A DNA stretch of 64,000 nucleotides, from positions 150,040,001-150,104,000 of the forward strand of contig OX597817.1 of the NCBI GenBank assembly GCA_951406725.2, in the 5' to 3' direction. The notes beneath the pieces are model-generated. The model made no database searches. It had not been told where the DNA came from and was given only the letters and a program-made list of their open reading frames with translations. Positions within the stretch are counted from its first letter, which is position 1. Every line of letters begins with the position of its first letter. This document shows positions 25,358 to 39,546 of the stretch, piece after piece. A program made the translations under genes and the position numbers. The DNA is from Octopus vulgaris. Its lineage: Eukaryota.

Positions 25358-25565
25358 CTACCTTGGATATACTTGTTGCTTATTTTGATTATATATATAT
25401 ATATAAATGCAAGATTTAAAGGTTGCCAGCTTTTCAGCTTATCATACTTCAATCTGGGAAAAATCCACAACCTTCTGCACTGATATTTTCTATGGTTGCT
25501 TTAAACACACTTTCTTCCTACACCTTGATCTTTGGATCTTACATTTATATATATATATATATATA

Positions 25566-25782
25566 CAGTAATCCCTCAACTATCCCGGGTGTTACATTCC
25601 AAAACCCCTGTGATAGGTGAAAATTCACGAAGTAGAAACAGTACTGTACTGTATTTTTTTTTTTTTTTATAATTTGTATATATTTATTTTGTCATAAATG
25701 CAAAACAACGCCACAGAGGAATCGACATAAGCTTAAATAATAAACCACGAGAGGTGTACCGGAATATGGCGAGGGAACACTG
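25566..25782. mobile_element. pogo/Tigger-like MITE
   Basis: TA|CAGTAATCCCTC...GAGGGAACACTG|TA terminal inverted repeats with TA TSD. Confidence 0.75.
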
Positions 25783-26635
25783 TATATAAAGAATATATAA
25801 TGAAGTTATATGTTGGAAAGGTAATTTTGAAATTATGTTAAAAAAAGGGCACATGAGACGTTTATGATTTTTTCATTGGAAAATTTTAAATTGGATTAAT
25901 AGATTATGCATGTTATAATCAACAGATATGATTTGTTAAAAAAAAATCATTTATAAATCATGAAGGTTTCAAACCATCACAATAAATTGATGCATTTGAT
26001 TTAATGTCAAATGATTACATTTATATGAGGTGTAGAGGTTTTAAGAAGCCATTGAGTTAAAAACAGAGGTGATGTGAACTGAATTTATGTAGAGAGTCCA
26101 AAGTCTTAATCAGCAATATAACTGAGAGACATACCAAACAAGATCAAACATGTTTTTAAGACTCTAGAATGATATATTCTATTAAATATATGGAAAACAT
26201 AAAGACTAGGTTAAGAATTGGAATTTTTTTTTTAAATATCAAAGATCTGTCTATTACACAATTGGCAAAAAGTATGTGGTAAGAAGTCTCCTTCCAAGTT
26301 CAATCCCACTGCATGGCACCTTGAACAAGTGACTTCTGCTGACCAAGGCCTTGTGAGAGGATTTGGTAGATGGAAACAGGAAGAAACCCATTGTAAATAT
26401 ATGTATGTGTGTTACCATCTCCTTCCCTCGACATAGCATGATAGTGCTTCTTGCCTGGAACCTGAATGGGTACCTTTTTACATGGCACCAGCACAAGTGC
26501 CATTTCATATGGCACTAGCACAGGCGCTTCCTACATGGTGCCAGCATGGGTTTGCATGTATGTATGCATGGATGGATGAATGTAAGGATAGATAGATCGA
26601 TCAATAGACAGATAGATTATAATGATGACATTATT

Positions 26636-26868
26636 CTTTTACTTGTTTCAGTCATTTGACTGTGACCATGCTGGAGTACCACCTTTAGTCAAGCAAATTG
26701 ACCCCAGGGCTTATTCTTTGTAAGCCTAGTGTCAACATGCACCAGTCTCTTTTGCCAGTACATGTTGACCAGTCTCTTTTGCTGAACCACTAAGTTACTG
26801 GGACACAAACACAACAGCATTGGTTGTCAAGCGATGGTGTGGGGGACAAACACAGACACACAAATATT

Positions 26869-26899
<31 letters not shown>

Positions 26900-27052
26900 G
26901 ACAGGCTTCTTTCAGTTTCCATCGACCAAATCCACTCACAAGGCTTTGGTCGGCCTGAGGCTATAGTAGAAGACACTCACCCAAGGTACCACGCAGTAGG
27001 ACTGAACCCAGAACCATGTGGTTCGTTAGCAAGCTACTTACCACACAGCCAT
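26636..27052 (-). mobile_element. tRNA-derived SINE
   Basis: Reverse complement of the 11165 family. Confidence 0.85.
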
Positions 27053-29922
27053 ATCTGTGTTTGCACTAATGTGAGTAAAAAAAAAAAATAATGAAGATTT
27101 ACTAGAATTCAAATTAGATATGCATGCAAGTACTGCAAATATGCAGTGCTTGCACTCATATTTGAATAAATGTCCACACACACACTAACTTACAATCCAC
27201 TCATCCAGAGACAAAACTAACAAAATGTTTTAACGAAATACATTTTTCGATATTTTCCTCTCCTGTCACTGAGATCACTGTTATAAGAGAAGATCTTGGC
27301 CAACACAGAAAAAGATGGCAGAAGATTATCTTAGAAGTTTGTTACTTTTTTTTCTAAGCAATCAGTATAAATAGAGTTTCATGTATTAGTCAGATTATAT
27401 TAGTCTGAGCACTGTCTGTAAAGCCCCTCTCTAAGCCATATAATGGTAAGAAATTAAAAGCTTGTCTCTAATATCAGCTTAAATCAGACATTATATTGTT
27501 ATTATACAACAATAAACATGGGCATAATACACACACACACACACATATATATATGTATGTATGTATGTATATATATATATAATCCTTTGAATGTAATTTA
27601 ACCAAGGAATAAAGTTCTGAGAGAGAAGTTTGGCACAATTACTTCACCTCACTGACCTAATACAAGATAATCTCTCGAAGCAAACAGCTTATATCTTTCC
27701 TAAACATTTCATTGTTTAAGCAAAGAATAAATGATCATACACATTGTCATTACAGGATATATATATATATAAGTAAAAGGAGGTATTCAGAATTTTTTAT
27801 AATTATTTAGCACTTTCATATCATTTCACGAATGATATTTTTATAAAATGATATTCAGGAATCATATTTTTACAGAAAATTTATGCCTTTTATATATGTG
27901 AGTCAGTTGAAAAAATCTGGAGTTGAACTGAGAAGAGAGTATTTTTTGTTATTTTGAATCTATGAGTGTGTACGTATGTGTATTCGTGTGTATGTGTGGT
28001 GAATTTTTGGAGGCTTGGTTAGAAGATGTGTGCGTGTAGATAGTAGCTCAATTGGTAAGGTTAAGTATTTTTGGTATATTTGTTCACAAAATCACATTGT
28101 GACAGATATTGTATTACACACTTCATAAATAATTTTACATACATCATTAGACCGTCTACAAAGAAAATAGGTATAAATCACATTGCAAGCTTTTGTCAAC
28201 ATCAACATCAACATCATTTTAACAAACACTTTTCCATGCCTGCAGAGGTCAGGCAGACTTCATAGTCAAGACAAGAAGACACAGATGCTTATGCACTCGC
28301 ACAAGCACATAAATATATGTAAACTACAAAGAGAGCAAACAATGTAAATTTGCATTGATCATAATTTCTTTCACACACACACATGCATGTGTAACAGGCT
28401 TCTTTTAGTTTCCATCTACCAAATCCACTCACAAGACTTTGGTTGGCTTGGGGCTATAATAGAAGACATTTGCTCAAGGAGCCATGCTATGGAGCTGAAT
28501 CCAAAACCATGTGATAAGGAAGCAAACTTTTTATCACACAGCCATGTCGATGCCTATTTATTGAATAATATTTGAAAGTGAAATATGATTGAGAAGATAA
28601 TTTTCAAACCACATGGTCTTGGATTTGATCCCGCTGCAGCACCTTTAGTATCTATTATCTTGCATAGGCTTGGGTTGACTCAAATGAAATTAATTAACAA
28701 GAAATTAGCAGGTGACTGTTGAGGGGCCTTGCCTTGCAAGTTACTTGGTAACCTTACTAGTGCTGGTGCAACATAAAAAGCACTCAACACATGATCTTAA
28801 TTTGTAAACTTAATTTCTTGCCTGGTTTAAGACTAGGTCATTATATGGCAAGTATTCAGATGAGATCTGCCAGTTTCCTATGAGTTGTGGCTCCTTCTTC
28901 CCTTCTCCCTACCAGTCCTCAAGGCTCCTGTAAAAATATTACCTTTTCTACATCATAAAAAAATATTTGAAAGAGAAAGATAAAAAGGTAAACGTCTTTT
29001 AGAACTTCCTGAGACACATTAAGAACGGTGTTTAGAGCACAAAGTAACTTAATCTCCTTCAGTATAATTAAAACACAATTACAACACATATCAAGTAAAC
29101 TAACACAACACAAAACCCCAGCTGACTCATGAATACAGCACAGCTAAAGCCTATTTACATAGTAACTCACCCAGCTAGAAATAGCAGCTAAATCTACATT
29201 AAACCACACCATCTTAGATGGAGGAAAGGATATTTGTGGGATGGGATGGGGTATATGTACACACACACACACACAACTAGCTGCCACAGTTTCCATCAAG
29301 CAAACTCCATTTACAAAGCATGGATCAGCTCCATCCTATAAGTACTGTGTAGTGGAACCAAACGTGGAGCCACCTGACTGTGAAGAAAATTTCTTAACCA
29401 TGCAACAAACTTGATGTAGTAAGAAGAAACTTGGTTTAATATATCAGAGCAGGAAATCACCCTGAATTATCACTGATCTGAATTTAAACAACAACAACAA
29501 TGGCCCATATCTTGTGGCTGGAAAGCAGCAGCTGAAACAAATGCCCTCATTCACAGATTCACTTTCAAATCATGTCAGTAAAAGAAAAAACAGTTTTGTA
29601 CTTCTAAACAAAAATCAACTTTTGGTTGAATTCATAATCTCATTCTTTTTGGACACATAATATAGAAAAACAATTTCTTTCTCAAAAACAAACCCATTTT
29701 TTAGAAAATTACTATTTTTAAATCTCACAATGTGAAATATTCAGCAATAGTACTTTGTAGTAAAGATTGTTTGCCAACATAACATGGCAGTCCTCTTTAG
29801 GACAAATGTTTTCTGTAATTTAGCCCCAGGAGACATCGGCTCCAGCTGGCTATATGATATGATCTGTGTCCTTATATTTTCAAACAAGGGAATCTAGCAC
29901 CCCCACTCAGCTCAAAACAATA

Positions 29923-29967
29923 TCTGTGTATCGCGATTTCTGGGCTATTTCTCTTCATCAGCACAGA
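29923..29967 (-). ncRNA. minimal type I hammerhead ribozyme
   Basis: Minus strand: tctgtg CTGATGA agagaaatagccca GAAA tcgcga TA cacaga; perfect stem I, palindromic ATCGCGAT stem III, weak stem II. Confidence 0.7.
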
Positions 29968-30264
29968 ATAATTGCTCGGCTAGAGGTGACACTGCCAAAT
30001 TCTCGTTCGAAATATATAGTTTTCAAAGTAACAACTAGTCACTGATTTATAAATTAGAAAATTACTATTTTTAAATCTCACAACATAATAACAATGTTAT
30101 GTTGGCAAACAATCTTTACTACAAAGTACTGTTGCTGAATATCTCACAGTGTGAGATTTAAAAATAGTAATTTTCTAATTTATAAATCAGTGACTAGTTG
30201 TCACTTTGAAAACTATATATTTTGAACGGGAATTTGACAGCGCCACCTCTAGCCAAGCAATTAT

Positions 30265-30309
30265 TCTGTGCTGATGAAGAGAAATAGCCCAGAAATCACG
30301 ATACACAGA
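30265..30309 (+). ncRNA. minimal type I hammerhead ribozyme
   Basis: tctgtg CTGATGA agagaaatagccca GAAA tcacga TA cacaga. Confidence 0.7.
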
Positions 30310-30832
30310 TACTGTTTTGAGCTGAGTGGGGGTGCTAGATTCCCTTGTTCGAAAATATAAGGACAGATCATGTCGTATAGCCAGCTGGAGCCAATGTCTC
30401 CTAGGGCTAAATTACAGCAATATTGGTCCTAAACCAGGACTGCCATGTTACGTTGGCAAACAATTTTTACTACAAGGCCATTTTTGCTTTCTGTTCTACC
30501 TTAGGATGTAACTGATACCATTGTACATCTGCCTTCTGTGCTGCAATGTTTGTGATGAGTCACCATGGTCCTAGACAGTTTTCATTCAGAGTTCCTGATC
30601 ATGTAGGCAGGTCATCGCACTCATACATTCCATTTTTGTCAAGGATTCTTGGCTGGGTGCCCTTCCTTGTGCATCAACTACTTTTACAGAATGTACTGTA
30701 TCTATTTATTTAGTAGACAGGAATGACATTCACAGATGATACTCTGACAAATAACAAACAAAATACTAAATAGCATCCAGTGCAGTTGTTTATTCCAGTC
30801 GTCATTTGAAGAGATTACTTTCAAAACAAGAT

Positions 30833-31680
30833 ACATGCTGGCATGGGTTGGACAGTTTGACTGGGGTCTGAAAAGCCAGGAGGCTGCACCAGGCACCAGT
30901 CTGATCTGGCAATGTTTCTACAGATGGATGCCCTTCCTAACGCCAACCACTCCATGAGTGTAGTGGGTGCTTTTTACATGCCACCAGCATAGGGGCCAGG
31001 GGGTGGTGGCATCGACCAGGATCAGATGGTGCTTTTTACATGCCACCGGGACGGGAGCCAGTCAAGGCGGTGCTAGCATCGGCCACATTCAGATGGTGCT
31101 TTTTACATGCCACTGGCACAGAAGCCAGTCAAGGCGATGGGGCTGGCATCAACCACGTTCAGATGGTGCTTTTTATGTGCTACCAGCAAAGGGACCACAA
31201 CTACAATTTCCAAAACAACAACTTAAATATATGTGATTTTGATTAGAAGACTAAGGTTTACCTACTGCCTCTACGACATCTATTCCAGTTTGATTGAAAA
31301 TAATTTCACATGCGTGAAGCTGGCAGCTTACAGATTGTGTTTTAATGGTTATCATGAAATCAACATGCACTTATACCGGTTCTGAAAGTAAGCTCCTCAT
31401 TTAGCATCTGTTGCCCATGCTGGTATGGGATGGACAGTTTGACCAAGGCTGGCAAGCTGGAAGGCTGCACCAGACTCCAGTCTGATTTGGAATGGTTTCT
31501 ATGGCTGTATGCCCTTCTTATTTCAACCACTCCAAGTGTGTAATGAGTGCTTTTACATGCCACCAGCATACGTGCCATTTGTGTGACACTGGTATCTTCC
31601 ACAACTGTGATTTTGCTTGGCTTGATGGGTCTTCTTCCCAAGCACAACTTAATACCAAAGGTCTCAGTCATTGCATCAGA
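30833..31680 (-). mobile_element. two RTE 3' UTR fragments (30833-31245, 31398-31680)
   Basis: Reverse complement of the RTE 3' UTR with internal subrepeats. Confidence 0.8.
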
Positions 31681-32789
31681 TAGTAATCATCTTCATCATC
31701 ATTGTAGTTATTGGCTTATAAATGTGTGTGTCTGTGTGTTCATATCTTTTTGTCTTGATATTGAATGATAGTTGTAAAAGAGTGTCACCTCCTTACAAGC
31801 AGAATCATTCATTTTTAATTTCTTATGAAAATATATCCAACTAGGGATAAATATGACCTTGCTTGGAAAATGGTGAGGGTTGGTGGTAGATAGGGCATCC
31901 AGCCATAAAAAAATTTGCCTCAATGAATTCCATCTGATTCATGCAAGCACGGAGAAGCTGGACATTAAAACAATGATGAATGCCATGCTGGCATTTTTGT
32001 AGAATTTCAGTAGAAATGTTCACATGCAAAATCTCAGTCAATCGAAGTTTTTGCATTCACTCTACTGCATATGTGAAACCCTACCATTTTTGTATGTATT
32101 ATGCATAATCCTCCTTTGAAGTGTATCCTATTAACCCTATTGTGGTTGTTTATAACCAATGTCACTACATTCCTTCTATTTCTATATATATATTGATTAC
32201 TCTTGCTCGTGTCAGCTGAGTAAATATAACAAGACCAAAACATATGTGTTGCTTTCATCAGTTAGTTTTAAAGTAAAGATCCATTTTTTCTACATCTAAA
32301 TTTTCTTGATAATTTAGACAATCAATTGATCCCTTGTTTATTGTTCTTAAATTTTAAATGCTCTGAGATGAAATTTTTGTCCACTAATTTGATAAATTTA
32401 AATGACTGAATTTTTCAATTCCCTATCTATAATATATTTTTAGTTATTATGACCTATTACCTGTCTGTCCCACACCTGCTTCTGCCACCACATCCCACCA
32501 ACTGATAATCATAACTGACCAGTGCATTTCTCTCTAACCATCTACCACTCCCCTCTCATACTCCCCTGAACTTACCCACCCATACAACTTCCCTTTTATT
32601 CACCTTCCTGTAACTTGAGGGTATGCCCTGACACATCTTTACCACCATCCTCTTTCTCTTCAAACTGGGGTAATCATGTATCTCACAGTAAGACACTGGT
32701 TTTTGTCCCCACTCAATCATACATCAACCTCTCATCACCCAGCATAAAGTCACCTCCCTCAATACTATTCGCAACCCTTTCAGTTGAGG

Positions 32790-33502
32790 GGTCTAGTTTT
32801 GCAAGTTCCTTTTGACCACACCAGTGTTGGTGGAACATAAAATGCACCCAGTACATTCTGCAAAGTGGTTGGCATTAGGAAGAACATCCAGTCACAGAAA
32901 TCATGCCAAACTAGACACTGAAGTTTGATGCACTCCTCCGGCCTGCCAACTGCTGTCAAACCTATTTCTTTACTACCCACAAGGGGCTAAACACAGAGAG
33001 GACAAACAAGGACAGACAAACGGATTAAGTCGATTATATCAACCCCAGTGCGTAACTGGTACTTATTTAATCGACCCTGAAAGGATGAAAGGCAAAGTCG
33101 ACCTCGGCGGAATTTGAACTCAGAACGTAGCGGCAGATGAAATACTGCTAAGCATTTCGCCCAGCGTGCTAACGTTTCTGCCAGCTCGCCGCTGTCAAAC
33201 CATCCAACTCATGCCAGCATGGAATATGAAACATTAAACAGTGATCATCATCATCATCGTTTAACGTCCGTTTTCCATGCTAGCATGGGTTGGACAGTTC
33301 AACTGGGGTCAGGGAAGCCAGAAGGCTGCACCATGCTCCAGTCTGATCTGGCAGTGTTTCTACAGCTGGATGCCCTTCCTAACTCCAACCACTCCATGAG
33401 TGTAGTGGGTGCTTTTTACATGCTACCGGCACAGGTGCCAGGGGAGGCTGGCAGTGGCCACGATCGGTTGGTACTTTTTACGTGCCACCGGCACAGAAGC
33501 CA
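32790..33502. mobile_element. RTE tail (+) interrupted by a young SINE (32961-33191, -), followed tail-to-tail by an RTE tail (-)
   Basis: gctgtcaaacc duplicated around the SINE; (CAT)n junction at 33246. Confidence 0.85.
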
Positions 33503-34071
33503 ATAATAGTAATGAATATTCTCCTGAGATATTATTTCTCAGCTATATAGAACATGGCACTACAGCATACTGTGATGGTACTTATAACACATTTTGATGT
33601 TTCCAAACACATTGTTCCATCTCAGATTTGGCTGGAGAATGCAAGAGGAATGTTATGTCTGAATATTCTTCATCTTGTCAATCAAATGCTTTATCATGCA
33701 ACCAACACAAGATTATTAGTTTATAACACTTCATATTTTCTATAACTCGTGGTGTCTTTCAGTCTATGTAAATTGAACAAAACAAAATCAACCAGATGTG
33801 TTACTGAAATTAATCACTGATTTTCAGTTGTATAGTCCATATGTAATTGGGAAAAGTACAATAAAATGTAAACAGTACAGCCTTCCCACCATTACTTCCC
33901 TTCTAAGCTCTAAAAAATTATTCAGTATGATATACTGAAAGATTCTAAGGGGCTTCATCAGTAGGGGAAGAGTAATGGCCTGGACTTGGACCTCTAAGAT
34001 GAGAAGAAGAGACGAAATAACCTTTAGATCAGAGACTGGATTCAAATACTTATGTAAGTAACATTAAATAT

Positions 34072-34234
34072 AGGCATAGGAGTGGCTGTGTGGTAAGTAG
34101 CTTGCTTATGAACCACATATTCCGGGCTCCGTCCCACTGTGCAAAACCTTTGGCAAGTGTCTTCTACTATAGCCTCAGGCTGATCAAAGCCTTGTGAGTG
34201 GATTTGGTAGACAGAAACTGAAAGAAGCCAGTCG

Positions 34235-34265
<31 letters not shown>

Positions 34266-34475
34266 CTGTGAGCATATGTTTGTGTATCTGTGTTTGTCCC
34301 CTCAACATTACTTGACAACCGATGGTAGTGTGTTTACATTCTCGTAATTTCGGCAAAAGAGACTGCTAGAATAAGTACCTGACTTACAAAGAATAAGTCC
34401 TGGGGTCGATTTACTCAACTAAAAGGCGGTGCACTAGCATGGCCACAGTCAAATGACTGAAACAAGTAAAAGAGT
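34072..34475 (+). mobile_element. tRNA-derived SINE
   Basis: Full-length member of the 11165 family. Confidence 0.9.
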
Positions 34476-34494
34476 ATCAAATATAGAATATTCA

Positions 34495-35095
34495 TGCCAG
34501 CACCACATAAAAAGCATCTATGCTGGCACCAAAGAGCACCTGTGCCAGAGCCACATAAAAAAGACCTGTGCTGGTATCATATAAAAAGCATCTGTGCCAG
34601 TATCATGTAAAGAGCATCCATGACGCTGTTCACATAAGTACCCATACTAGTGCCATACCAATTCCATACAAACAGCACCCAGCACACTCTGGTAAGTTAG
34701 AAGGGCATCCAACCATAGAAACCATGCCAAAACAGACGACTAGAACCTGGTGCAGCCGTCCACCCTACAAGCTTCTTATTTCTTTATTGCTCACAAGGGG
34801 CTAAACATAGAGGGGACAAACAAGGACAGACAAAGGGATTAAGTCAATTACATCGACCCCAGTGCGTAATTGGTACTTAATTTATCAACCCCAAAAGGAT
34901 GAAAGGCAAAGTCGACTTCAGTGTAATTTGAACTCAAAACGTAATGGTAGACAAAATACTGCTAAGCATTTCGCGCAGATTGCTAACATTTCTGCCAAAC
35001 CATTCAACCCATGCCAGCATGGAAAACGGATGTTAAATGTTGATGATGATGATGATAATGATGATAGTGACAATGATACGCTTGATTCACTTCAA
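34495..35095 (+). mobile_element. RTE 3' tail with nested SINE (34777-34997, -)
   Basis: aaaagcac subrepeats, (GAT)n tail, interrupted by a Meta-like-domain SINE. Confidence 0.8.
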
Positions 35096-35670
35096 ATAGC
35101 AGTTTGCAAATGTAAGGTTTCCCTCTTCCTCTTTTTACTTCTTCCATCACCACTGCAATGGTCTCTGCTTTTCTAAATTAGTTCACAGTACAACTTCATC
35201 ATCCTGACTCAAATGACTTATAAAGCATTTCCATAACATAAGATCTTTGCATACACTACCACAGATTAGAGCAAACACTGCTTCCTACCATCATTCTTAC
35301 CTTTTTCTTAGACTTGATTTTACCCGATCCCACCTTCAAAGAACTGCAACCCTCTGGAATTTCCTCCCAGCCAGTACCCTCCTCACAGTAGACGTTAAAC
35401 AATAGATGTTCAAAATGAACATCAAGTACATCAATTTCACCTGTTCAAAGACAGGATGTGGTGGGGATGAAAAGGTCACAGTCATGAGGGCCCTACAAAG
35501 ATCACTCACCACTCTTGATTAATTTGTGAAACAAAAACTAAAAACTTGAGATATTGTATTGGGATGCTATGTGTATATGGAATGTAATTAAATGTAGAAT
35601 ACCTAAGGCGTAAATGTTACTACAATTAAGTACATCACCCTAAAATAAAAGTGTGTATTAAATGATGATA

Positions 35671-36580
35671 ATCATCATTATCATTATTTAACGTCTGTGT
35701 TCCATCCTGGTATGGATTAGATGGTTTGACTGAGGACTGACAAACCAGGAGGCTACACCAGGCTCCAATCTGATCAGACAAGGTTTCTACAGCTGGATGT
35801 CCTTCCTAATGCCAACCATTATGTGCCACCAGTATGGGAGCCAGTCAGGCAGCACCGGCATTGACCATGTTTGGATGGTGCTTTTTAATGTGCCATCAGC
35901 ATAGGAGCTAGTCAAGAGGCACTAGCATTGACCTCATTCGGATGGTGCTTTTTATGTGCCACCAGCACAGGAGCCATTCAGTTCCACCGGCACAAGAGCC
36001 AGTCAGTGGGTACTGGCATCAGTCACATTTGGATGGTGCTTTTTACATGCCACCAGCATGGGAGCCAGTCAGGCAGAACTGGCATTGACCACGATGCTAG
36101 TGATGATACAGTTCATATACTGAATGTTCTATTTCTTTTCACAGTATCCAGAAGACATCTATCAAGTAAGAAAAAGCAAACAGTACTGAGACAGTGAAGT
36201 GTAACTTGATCAGTTATTTTATCAAGAAAGATGAGTCAGTTAATGAGTCCAAATATGACTGGAGGTTTATAATTCTGAGTTAAATTTTCCACTGAACCGT
36301 CAATGTACCAATTGGCCCCAGTGCTGGTGGCACATAAAAAAGCACTATCCGAACGTGATTGATGTCAGACCTGCCTGACTGGCTCCTGAACCAGTGGCAC
36401 ATAAAAAGCACCCACTACACTCTCGGAGTGGTTGACGCTAGGAAGGGCATCCAGCTATAGAAACTTTGCCAGATCAAATTGGAGGCTGATGCAGCCTCCT
36501 GGCTTGCCAACCCTCGGTCAGACCGTCCCACCCACACCAGCATGGAAAACAGATGTTAAACGATGATAATGATGATGATG
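35671..36580. mobile_element. two RTE 3' tails (35671-36095 -, 36315-36580 +)
   Basis: Match to the RTE 3' UTR. Confidence 0.8.
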
Positions 36581-37371
36581 AGTAAAGCGGAGACAAAATA
36601 ATCCACCGAGACATTAAGATTATCAGGCTCAGGGGCTCTTGAACCAAGTGTTCATATTCCACTACAGATATTTTGCTGAATCTCTGCTTGGCAATTCTAT
36701 GTAAAAGACATGTACGTATATACTTATATCTATTTCTCCAATAATTTTGACAATTTAATTCAAAGTGATATGCATCAGGAACCTGTGAGGAAGTGTTTTA
36801 TTGTCAATCAGTCACAATACTTCATTTGATAACAAAGTAGATTATTATACTTCTGGACATAGAGATGTAGCCATATTCTTTTATTCTTTTACTTGTTTCA
36901 GTCATTTGACTTCTGCCATGCTGGAGCACCGCTTTTAGTCGTGCAAATCGATCCCAGGACTTATTCTTTGTAAGTCTGCTACTTATTCTATCGGTCTTCT
37001 TTGCTGAACTGGACATAAACACACCAACATTAATTGTCAAGCAACAGTGGAGGGACAAACACAGACACACACACACAAATATATACATACATACATGCAT
37101 ATATATATATATATCACATGACCAACCAGGCTATCAGTTGTTACTACACATCGCTGGTCACAATGCGCTCCGCATTGTTTTAGCCTTCAAATGACGCCAC
37201 CCCACTTGTTAAGTGAGCAAGCCAATATATATATATATATATATATATAATAGAAATATGTTATAAAAAGAAAATAGAAACTACACATGGTAATGTAAGG
37301 TGAAAGTAAGAAAAAATCAACGAAAATGCACATTGTAAATAAAAAAAGTAAAGGCTTTTTATGAAAGGTAA

Positions 37372-37406
<35 letters not shown>

Positions 37407-37524
37407 GATTCAGGTGAATTAGGTACTTAAGTTGAGGCACCAGAATTTAGTATGGTATTCATCATCATCCAATTTCAAAATAAGATGATTAAAATCAAAA
37501 TAAGCAACAGGATATCCAGAGGTA

Positions 37525-37612
37525 ATGCAGTACGATCATTTCATGCAACTCCATTTAATTGAACAATGCAATCATTATATCAATTTAAATGCAGAGCAAT
37601 CCTCAGCTGCAT
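37525..37612 (-). ncRNA. type I hammerhead ribozyme in a pLTR-like remnant (about 37404-37700) between microsatellites
   Basis: Minus strand: atgcag CTGAGGA ttgc..catttaaattga...tcaattaaatg..gcat GAAA tgatcg TA ctgcat; perfect 6-bp stem I. Confidence 0.8.
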
Positions 37613-37897
37613 AAATACATAGAATTCAATTAAATTAAATTAAAACAGATGGACACATTAGTATAATTTTACCTAAGACCTCCAAAATTATACTAAATTA
37701 TACACACACACACATATATATATGACAGGCTTCTTTCAGTTTCTATCTACCAAATCCACTCACAAGGCTTTGGTCAACCTGAGGCTATAATAGAAGACAC
37801 TTGCCCAAGGTGCTATGCAGAGGGACTGAACCCTGAACCATGTGGTTGGGAAGGAAGCTTCTTACCACACAGCCACTCCTGCACCTATTTATATATG

Positions 37898-38101
37898 TTG
37901 AGTTAGTGCATAATTACTGCAGTTTTTTCAACAAATTTTATTCAACAAAAACATCTTTAAATGATTATTCCAGAGCATATTCACCATCTACTTCAGTTAC
38001 TGCTTCCAATTTGCTTGGCAGATGGTCAGACCATCATTTAAAAATGTTTTTGTTGAATAAAATTTGTTGAAAAAAGCCACAATTATTATGCACCAACCCA
38101 A
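37898..38101. mobile_element. mariner-derived MITE
   Basis: TIRs of the TTGGGTTGGTGCATAAT type; internal minus-strand LPSKLEAVTEVDGEYALE* resembles a mariner C-terminus; second copy at 49585-50162. Confidence 0.8.
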
Positions 38102-38115
38102 TATATATATATATT

Positions 38116-38147
<32 letters not shown>

Positions 38148-39219
38148 TGTATGTATGTATGTATGTATGTGTGTATGTATGTGTGTATGTGTGTACAGAT
38201 ATACAAAGAGAGAGAGAGTCAACAGATGAAATCCAGGGAGGCCCAATATAGAAAACAGTGGTGCTCAAATGGTTTGGACTTACACTCTGAAGTCTTTATT
38301 GAGGGCCCACTTTGAGAACCTGTGGTCAAGAATATGCAACCAGTAGTGGATACATATAAACATAACCATAAATCTGGCCTCCCTCTTCAGGGAAGAAATT
38401 GGCATCTAACACACACGCACACATATATATACATACATACATTCATACATACATACACACAGAATTTAGACATAAATTTTAAGTAAACAGATATTGCTCA
38501 ACACAATATGACATCACATTAATGTAATGTGTTAAGCCTATTTATTCAATGCAATTAATTTTTTTTTAGACACTAAGCTACTACAAACTACTATTATTGA
38601 AAGCTTCAGTGATTTTTAGTGTCATAAAATTTTCATTTGCTACTATTTATGTGCTATGATATAAAGCAAAACAGCACTAAGTACTAGTGGATGCCCGATA
38701 CAATACAACAAGTGTACATTAATAACAGATAAAGATGGTAATCGCTTTTATTGGCAGATATTTTGGTGAATGAATTGAAGGAAAGAAAAATAAAATTCAT
38801 CACTAGACAGAATAGAAAAACTTGTTGAATGATTTAGTGCTTTTAACAATAACATCAGTAATATTCCTACATTGGAAAAAAAACAGATTAGTGGTGTTTT
38901 GTTTGGCTACAGTGTACAAAGGTGGGAGATTTCAGAGTAGCGTTGGAGATTGTTTACAACAGGAAATGTGTTAGTGCAAGTAACATCATTAAAATTTATT
39001 AAATTCATACCAAACGAAAGATATTAGATGTAAGATCATGGTCTTGTAACAACAGTGACTATGAGACAAACACTCTAAAGATGGGTGTAGAGAATAAACA
39101 TTTTGCTCCTTAGCATATAAACCAGTCACATCCAGCTCAAATATTGTATCTGCTTTCTGTTTAAACTGGCCAGATTTGCCTCTCACACCGACCCTACAAT
39201 GACACTCTAAAAATATACT

Positions 39220-39546
39220 ATCATCATTACCATCATCATCATCGTTTAACGTCCGCTTTCCATGCTAGCATGGGTTGGATGATTTGACTGAGGTCTGGCG
39301 AACCAGATGGCTGCACCAAACTCCAATCCGATCTGGCAGAGTTCCTACAGCTGGATGCCCTTCCTAACGCTAACCATTTCAAGAGTGTAGTGGGTGCTTT
39401 TACATGCCACCAGCACGAGGGCCAGTCAGGCAGTACTGGCAACGGCCACGCTCAAATGGTGCTTTTTATGTGCCACCTGCACAGGAGCCAGTCCAGCGGC
39501 ACTGGCAACGACCTCACTTGAATGTTTTTTCATGTGCCACCAGCAC
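39220..39546 (-). mobile_element. RTE 3' tail inserted in a TTAA-family MITE
   Basis: Match to the RTE 3' UTR; flanks match the MITE at 52176. Confidence 0.8.

Larger units (their letters stand above)
29701..30475. mobile_element. hammerhead-bearing, circularly permuted inverted repeat element (~352 bp monomer)
   Basis: Left arm 29701-30083 (first 30 bp recur at 30054, period 353); right arm 30094-30475 is the reverse complement in another register (first 31 bp recur at 30445, period 351); one hammerhead per arm. Confidence 0.85.

Noticed and set aside
28823-28927. Minus-strand acceptor (tttttacag|G) and putative exon
   Set aside because: Stops in all three frames; at most an untranslated exon and not supportable.
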